Origin: Pseudomonas aeruginosa
GTDB lineage: Bacteria; Pseudomonadota; Gammaproteobacteria; Pseudomonadales; Pseudomonadaceae
Reading direction: 5' to 3'
Length of the DNA: 32,000 bases
Assembly (NCBI RefSeq): GCF_001457615.1
Contig: NZ_LN831024.1
Coordinates: 5,250,001 to 5,282,000, forward strand
A model generated the notes under the pieces. The model saw nothing but the letters and a program-made list of their open reading frames with translations, had not been told where the DNA came from and did no database searches. Below are positions 27,731 to 32,000 of this stretch, piece by piece (position 1 is the stretch's first letter; each line of letters starts with the position of its first letter). The position numbers and the translations under genes are program-made.

Positions 27731-28345
27731 ATGGTCGACTTTATTCTGAATGCCCAAGTGCGTTCCGATCTGGGGAAAGGTGCGAGCCGCCGCCTGCGTC
27801 GTAACGCCGGTCTGGTTCCTGCTGTCGTTTACGGCGGCGACAAAGAGCCCCAGTCCGTAACCCTGGAACTGCGCGAAATCGCCAAGCTCCTGGAAAACGA
27901 GGCTGCCTTCAGCCACGTGATCGCCCTGAACGTTGGCGGCGCCAAGGAAACCGTACTGATCAAGGCCCTGCAGCGCCATCCGGCGAAAGGCTTCGTGATG
28001 CACGCCGACTTCCTGCGCGTGGTCGCCGACCACAAGCTGACCGCCCACGTACCGCTGCACTTCATCAACGAAGAAGTAGCCGTTGGCGTCAAGCAATCCG
28101 GTGGCGAGATCTCCCACACCATCTCCGAAGTCGAAGTTTCCTGCCTGCCGAAAGACCTGCCGGAATTCATCGAAGTCGACATGGCCAAGGTCGAGCTGGG
28201 CCAGATCGTTCACCTGTCGGACCTCAAGGCTCCGAAAGGCGTCGAGCTGGTACAACTGGCCCACGGCAACGATCTGGCCGTTGCCAACATCCACGCTTCC
28301 CGCGTGGTGAAGGAAGAAGGTAGCGAAGAAGGCGCCGCCGAGTAA
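27731..28345 (+). CDS. rplY: 50S ribosomal protein L25 (long Ctc/general-stress form)
   Basis: 204-aa [39 protein letters not shown]... with an acidic C-terminal tail. Codon usage looks like that of a highly expressed gene. Confidence 0.93.
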   Translation: MVDFILNAQVRSDLGKGASRRLRRNAGLVPAVVYGGDKEPQSVTLELREIAKLLENEAAFSHVIALNVGGAKETVLIKALQRHPAKGFVMHADFLRVVADHKLTAHVPLHFINEEVAVGVKQSGGEISHTISEVEVSCLPKDLPEFIEVDMAKVELGQIVHLSDLKAPKGVELVQLAHGNDLAVANIHASRVVKEEGSEEGAAE

Positions 28346-28386
28346 TTCATTACTCGATCGCCTTTTTATAGAGAGGGGCTCCCGTC

Positions 28387-28971
28387 GTGACTGCCGTACA
28401 ACTGATCGTTGGCCTGGGAAACCCGGGTCCTGAATACGACCAGACCCGGCATAACGCGGGGGCCCTTTTCGTTGAGCGCCTGGCGCATGCCCAGGGCGTC
28501 AGCCTCGTGGCTGACCGCAAGTATTTCGGCCTGGTCGGCAAGTTCAGCCACCAGGGCAAGGACGTTCGTCTGTTGATCCCGACTACCTACATGAACCGCA
28601 GCGGCCAGTCCGTGGCGGCGCTGGCGGGATTCTTCCGGATCGCCCCGGACGCCATCCTGGTCGCCCACGACGAACTCGACATGCCCCCTGGCGTCGCCAA
28701 GCTCAAGACCGGCGGCGGACACGGCGGGCACAACGGGTTGCGCGATATCATCGCCCAGCTCGGCAATCAGAATTCTTTCCATCGCCTGCGGCTTGGCATC
28801 GGCCATCCGGGGCACAGCAGCCTGGTTTCCGGTTACGTGCTCGGCCGCGCCCCGCGCAGCGAGCAGGAACTGCTCGACACCAGCATCGACTTCGCCCTCG
28901 GCGTGCTGCCGGAAATGCTCGCCGGGGACTGGACCCGGGCGATGCAGAAGCTGCACAGCCAGAAGGCCTGA
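28387..28971 (+). CDS. pth: Peptidyl-tRNA hydrolase
   Basis: GTG start. The sequence includes [25 protein letters not shown]...[12 protein letters not shown], covering the catalytic His and conserved Pth motifs. Confidence 0.95.
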   Translation: MTAVQLIVGLGNPGPEYDQTRHNAGALFVERLAHAQGVSLVADRKYFGLVGKFSHQGKDVRLLIPTTYMNRSGQSVAALAGFFRIAPDAILVAHDELDMPPGVAKLKTGGGHGGHNGLRDIIAQLGNQNSFHRLRLGIGHPGHSSLVSGYVLGRAPRSEQELLDTSIDFALGVLPEMLAGDWTRAMQKLHSQKA

Positions 28972-29011
28972 ACCACTTTTCTAGCGCCTGTCTGAGCGCG
29001 AGGGACATAGC

Positions 29012-30112
<1,101 letters not shown>

Positions 30113-30133
30113 TCCCCTTCCCGTCCCAGGAAA

Positions 30134-30159
30134 GCCCCGGCCAAGTGCCGGGGCTTTTT
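30134..30159 (+). terminator. Rho-independent terminator after ychF
   Basis: GCCCCGG-ccaagtg-CCGGGGC followed by TTTTT. Confidence 0.85.
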
Positions 30160-30250
30160 CGTTCCCGTCCCTCCCCACCGCCCGCTCTCCGGCGATCCGA
30201 CCCCTTCCGTCTAAACGATTGAAAGATCAGAAAATTATCTAGCCCCAGGG

Positions 30251-30279
30251 GTTGACAGCCCCGCCCGAGATACGGAAAA
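30251..30279 (+). promoter_or_regulatory. Candidate sigma70 promoter for tRNA-Met (-35 TTGACA, 17-bp spacer, -10 GAAAAT)
   Basis: TTGACA-gccccgcccgagatacg-GAAAAT ends 12 nt before the tRNA 5' end. Confidence 0.5.
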
Positions 30280-30291
30280 TGCGCGCCACTC

Positions 30292-30368
30292 GGCTACATA
30301 GCTCAGTCGGTTAGAGCGCAGCATTCATAATGCTGATGTCCCAGGTTCAAGTCCCGGTGTAGCCACCA
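30292..30368 (+). tRNA. tRNA-Met (anticodon CAU; elongator-type; a tRNA-Ile2 lysidine identity cannot be excluded from sequence alone)
   Basis: 77 nt. The acceptor stem is GGCTACA/TGTAGCC, followed by discriminator A and encoded CCA. The anticodon stem is CAGCA/TGCTG with loop TTCATAA. The T-arm is GGTTCAAGTCC. Confidence 0.9.
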
Positions 30369-30376
30369 TATTTTTC

Positions 30377-30410
30377 AAGGGGTTAGCGCAAGCTAACCCC
30401 TTTTTGTTTT
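30377..30410 (+). terminator. Rho-independent terminator after tRNA-Met
   Basis: AAGGGGTTAGC-gcaa-GCTAACCCCTT is an 11-bp stem running into TTTTTGTTTT. Confidence 0.88.
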
Positions 30411-30419
30411 GGTCGGCAG

Positions 30420-30441
30420 ACTACAAACCGACTACAAACCG
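30420..30441. repeat. Perfect tandem direct repeat ACTACAAACCG x2
   Basis: Read directly as cagACTACAAACCGACTACAAACCGtctac. It lies 10 nt after the tRNA-Met terminator, at the tRNA-proximal edge of the low-GC islet. Confidence 0.7.
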
Positions 30442-30474
30442 TCTACGCCCCCTTTACCGATTTACGGTTCGCAT

Positions 30475-30497
30475 AAAAAGCCCCGCATCTGCGGGGC
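30475..30497 (-). terminator. Rho-independent terminator for higBA (minus strand)
   Basis: The minus strand reads GCCCCGC-agat-GCGGGGC-TTTTT, 20 nt downstream of the higA stop. Confidence 0.8.
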
Positions 30498-30516
30498 TCT
30501 ACGATCAACGTCACTG

Positions 30517-30822
30517 CTATCCGTGAGCAAGCAGCGGCTCAATCTCATGTTCGATCTGCTTGCCATTCGCCGCATAAGCAGTTGCTAACGAATACTCACT
30601 CTGGAGATTCATCCAGAACTGAGCGGACGTATCAAAGTAACGCCCCAGACGAATCGCCATATCTGCGGAGATACCACGCTGCTCACGAACGATATCGTTC
30701 ACTGTCGGAGCGGAGACTTTCAAAGCGCGTGCTAGAGCAGCTGGAGAGATATCCAACTCCATCAGAAACTCATCGCGCAATATTTCCCCAGGATGGATGG
30801 GGCGCATACCATTGGTAGCCAT
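30517..30822 (-). CDS. higA: HigA antitoxin (XRE-family HTH)
   Basis: 101-aa ORF MATNGMRPIHPGEILRDEFLMELDISPAALARALKVSAPTVNDIVREQRGISADMAIRLGRYF.... The HTH_3 fold and the IHPGEIL N-terminus are typical of HigA/VapI antitoxins. It lies downstream of the toxin gene, the reversed order characteristic of the hig family. Confidence 0.9.
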   Translation of the reverse strand: MATNGMRPIHPGEILRDEFLMELDISPAALARALKVSAPTVNDIVREQRGISADMAIRLGRYFDTSAQFWMNLQSEYSLATAYAANGKQIEHEIEPLLAHG

Positions 30823-30833
30823 GGTCCACCTCC

Positions 30834-31112
30834 TCAGTGGTAATCAACTATTTCGACTTCTTCGGGACCCGCATCCGTCCAGACGAAACAGACACGCCAT
30901 TGGTCATTGATCCTGATGCTATGTTGGCCCGCCCGCTTTCCCTGCAACGGCTCCAACCGGTTTCCAGGTGGAGAGCGCAGGTCTCGAAGCTCCGTAGCCG
31001 CATGAAGCATTGCGAGCTTACGCGTAGCGACTGTGAGGATCGCTCCCCACCGCCTCGAAAGACCCGTCTCAAAAAGCTGACGAGTCTCGTCGCAGCGAAA
31101 GGTCAGAATCAT
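30834..31112 (-). CDS. higB: HigB toxin (RelE/ParE superfamily mRNA interferase, plasmid-maintenance killer type)
   Basis: 92-aa ORF MILTFRCDETRQLFETG...LEPLQGKRAGQHSIRINDQWRVCFVWTDAGPEEVEIVDYH. The pattern L-x-G-x-R-x-G-x-x-S-I-R-I-N-D-Q-W-R-h-C-F is the HigB signature. It lies 11 nt upstream of higA. Confidence 0.9.
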   Translation of the reverse strand: MILTFRCDETRQLFETGLSRRWGAILTVATRKLAMLHAATELRDLRSPPGNRLEPLQGKRAGQHSIRINDQWRVCFVWTDAGPEEVEIVDYH

Positions 31113-31115
31113 TCA

Positions 31116-31139
31116 TTAACCCTTAACGTTAAGCGTTAA
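31116..31139. promoter_or_regulatory. Extended palindrome TTAAC-cc-TTAAC|GTTAA-gc-GTTAA, candidate HigA operator
   Basis: Read directly. It lies 4-27 nt upstream of the higB ATG and covers the RBS/5'-UTR. The central TTAACGTTAA (31123-31132) is a perfect 10-bp palindrome. Confidence 0.6.
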
Positions 31140-31148
31140 CTTCACTAC

Positions 31149-31176
31149 AGATTACCACAGATCCTCATGTGGTCAA
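31149..31176 (-). promoter_or_regulatory. Candidate higBA promoter (minus strand: -35 TTGACC, 16-bp spacer, extended -10 TGgTAATCT)
   Basis: The reverse complement reads TTGACC-acatgaggatctgtgg-TAATCT, immediately upstream of the palindrome. Confidence 0.35.
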
Positions 31177-31347
31177 TTTGTAGCCAGACTGAGTAATCGG
31201 AGAAAAGCGCATCGCCGATTCCAAGTGCTCCGGCGACAGATGTGCATACCGCATCATCATCGAGGAATGCCCGAGGATCCGCTGTAGGGCCACGCCATGC
31301 GCAGCGCCCCGTGTCAGGCATTTCATCTTGCTTTGGATGCCAGGCAT
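31165..31347 (-). pseudogene. C-terminal remnant of a tyrosine recombinase/phage integrase (truncated, probably frameshifted)
   Basis: The 60-aa ORF ends ...GVALQRILGHSSMMMRYAHLSPEHLESAMRF. The LGH-x(5-6)-RYAHL pattern contains the catalytic Tyr region of tyrosine integrases. The overlapping ORF in another frame (31145..31414) reads MRHAWHPKQ, resembling the HxLRHT(W/F)AS box II region. That suggests a frameshift, and there is no N-terminal or core-binding domain. Confidence 0.6.
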
Positions 31348-31368
31348 GCCTCATTGAAACAGTTCGAA

Positions 31369-31387
31369 TCATTTGATAATCATTATC
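31369..31387. promoter_or_regulatory. Fur box upstream of the TonB-dependent receptor gene
   Basis: TCATTTGATAATCATTATC matches the 19-bp consensus GATAATGATAATCATTATC at 14 of 19 positions, with the last 14 contiguous positions identical. It lies 54 nt upstream of ATG 31441. A -35-like TTGAAA is at 31354-31359 and the -10-like GATAAT lies inside the box. Confidence 0.75.
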
Positions 31388-31440
31388 GATTTGTTTAGCT
31401 TTGCCGCCCATCAAAACAACAGCAACTCGGAAATCTCCTC

Positions 31441-32000
31441 ATGCCCCGCTCCATCCCTTTGCGCCCGGCTCCCCTGGCGCTTTCCCTGTCCCTCTTCGCT
31501 TCGTTTTCCGCTCCTGCGCTGGCTGCCGATCCGGTGGAGCAGCAGATGGTGGTGATCGGCTCGCGCGCGCCGACCAGCATCAGCGAGTTGCCCGGCACGG
31601 TCTGGGTGATCGAGCGCGAGCAACTGGACCAGCAGACCCAGGCCGGCGTGCCGCTGAAGGAGGCGTTGGGACAATTGATCCCGGGCCTGGATATCGGCTC
31701 CCAGGGTCGTACCAACAACGGCCAGAACCTGCGCGGACGCAGCGTACTGGTGATGATCGACGGGGTGTCGCTGAACAGTTCACGGGGCATCAGCCGGCAG
31801 TTCGACTCCATCGACCCATTCAACATCGAGCGCATCGAGGTGATGTCCGGCGCCAGCGCGGTGTACGGCGGCGGCGCCACCGGCGGGATCATCAACATCG
31901 TGACCAAGAAGGGCGTCGGCGGCGACACTCGCTTCAACACCGAGCTGGGCGCCCGCAGCGGCTTCCAGAGCCATGAGGACCACGACCTGCGCGCGGCGCA
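31441..32000 (+). CDS. chtA: TonB-dependent siderophore receptor (IutA/aerobactin-receptor-like), N-terminal part only
   Basis: This ORF is absent from the supplied track because it has no stop in the window. My translation from ATG 31441 is MPRSIPLRPAPLALSLSLFASFSAPALAADPVEQQMVVIGSRAPTSISELPGTVWVIEREQLDQQ...NLRGRSVLVMIDGVSLNS...FNIERIEVMSGASAVYGGGATGGIINIVTKKG. It shows a signal peptide, a TonB-box-like MVVIGSR and plug-domain motifs. The gene symbol is from my memory of PAO1 PA4675 and is less certain than the family call. Confidence 0.85.
   Translation, partial: MPRSIPLRPAPLALSLSLFASFSAPALAADPVEQQMVVIGSRAPTSISELPGTVWVIEREQLDQQTQAGVPLKEALGQLIPGLDIGSQGRTNNGQNLRGRSVLVMIDGVSLNSSRGISRQFDSIDPFNIERIEVMSGASAVYGGGATGGIINIVTKKGVGGDTRFNTELGARSGFQSHEDHDLRAA

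Noticed and set aside
31172-31183. Inverted partial copy (CTACAAAttGAC on the minus strand) of the 30420-30441 tandem repeat, as a terminal inverted repeat flanking higBA.
   Set aside because: Only 7 contiguous bases plus a GAC triplet match. The site lies inside the integrase-remnant 3' coding sequence (YKLT) and the putative higBA -35. A chance match is quite plausible.
31145-31976. Track ORFs 31145..31414 (-), 31395..31940 (-) and 31401..31976 (+) as genes.
   Set aside because: 31145..31414 is an alternative frame across the integrase remnant and is used only as evidence of a frameshift. The other two are alternative or antisense frames of the TonB-dependent receptor, whose true frame starts at 31441 and shows clear signal-peptide and plug motifs.

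Overview
High-GC (about two-thirds G+C by eye) gamma-proteobacterial chromosome. Gene order and protein sequences match what I recall of Pseudomonas aeruginosa PAO1, roughly PA4644 to PA4675. Most of the window is core housekeeping sequence.

Gene content in order:
- Nucleotide salvage: hpt, upp, uraA.
- A six-gene archaic (sigma/Csu-type) chaperone-usher fimbrial cluster, cupE1-E6.
- An MFS transporter, then hemH translationally coupled to an SDR-like gene.
- A putative photo-protection block: renalase-like FAD oxidoreductase, YbgA-like protein, MerR regulator and phr photolyase.
- pagL, then a minus-strand hemA-prfA-prmC-moeB-murI run.
- A TPR lipoprotein-lolB-ispE run, tRNA-Gln, then prs-rplY-pth-ychF.
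- tRNA-Met followed by a small low-GC islet with the higB/higA toxin-antitoxin pair and a decayed tyrosine-integrase remnant.
- The 5' end of a Fur-box-preceded TonB-dependent siderophore receptor, which runs off the window.

I found no CRISPR array, rRNA or intact mobile element, and I do not see a clearly novel multi-gene system.

Observations most worth follow-up:
1. A shared TGTACA-N12-TGTACA-type operator in front of two adjacent transcription units next to a MerR/LitR-like regulator and photolyase.
2. An A-A-T7-G tract just upstream of upp, reminiscent of UTP-sensitive reiterative transcription.
3. An abrupt low-GC, rare-codon segment in the 3' third of ispE carrying a near-consensus sigma70 promoter ahead of tRNA-Gln and prs.
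4. The tRNA-Met/higBA/integrase-remnant islet and its extended HigA-type palindrome.
5. The AT-rich control region and domain architecture of the cupE cluster.

The many long ORFs antisense to real genes are GC-driven shadow ORFs and were not called.
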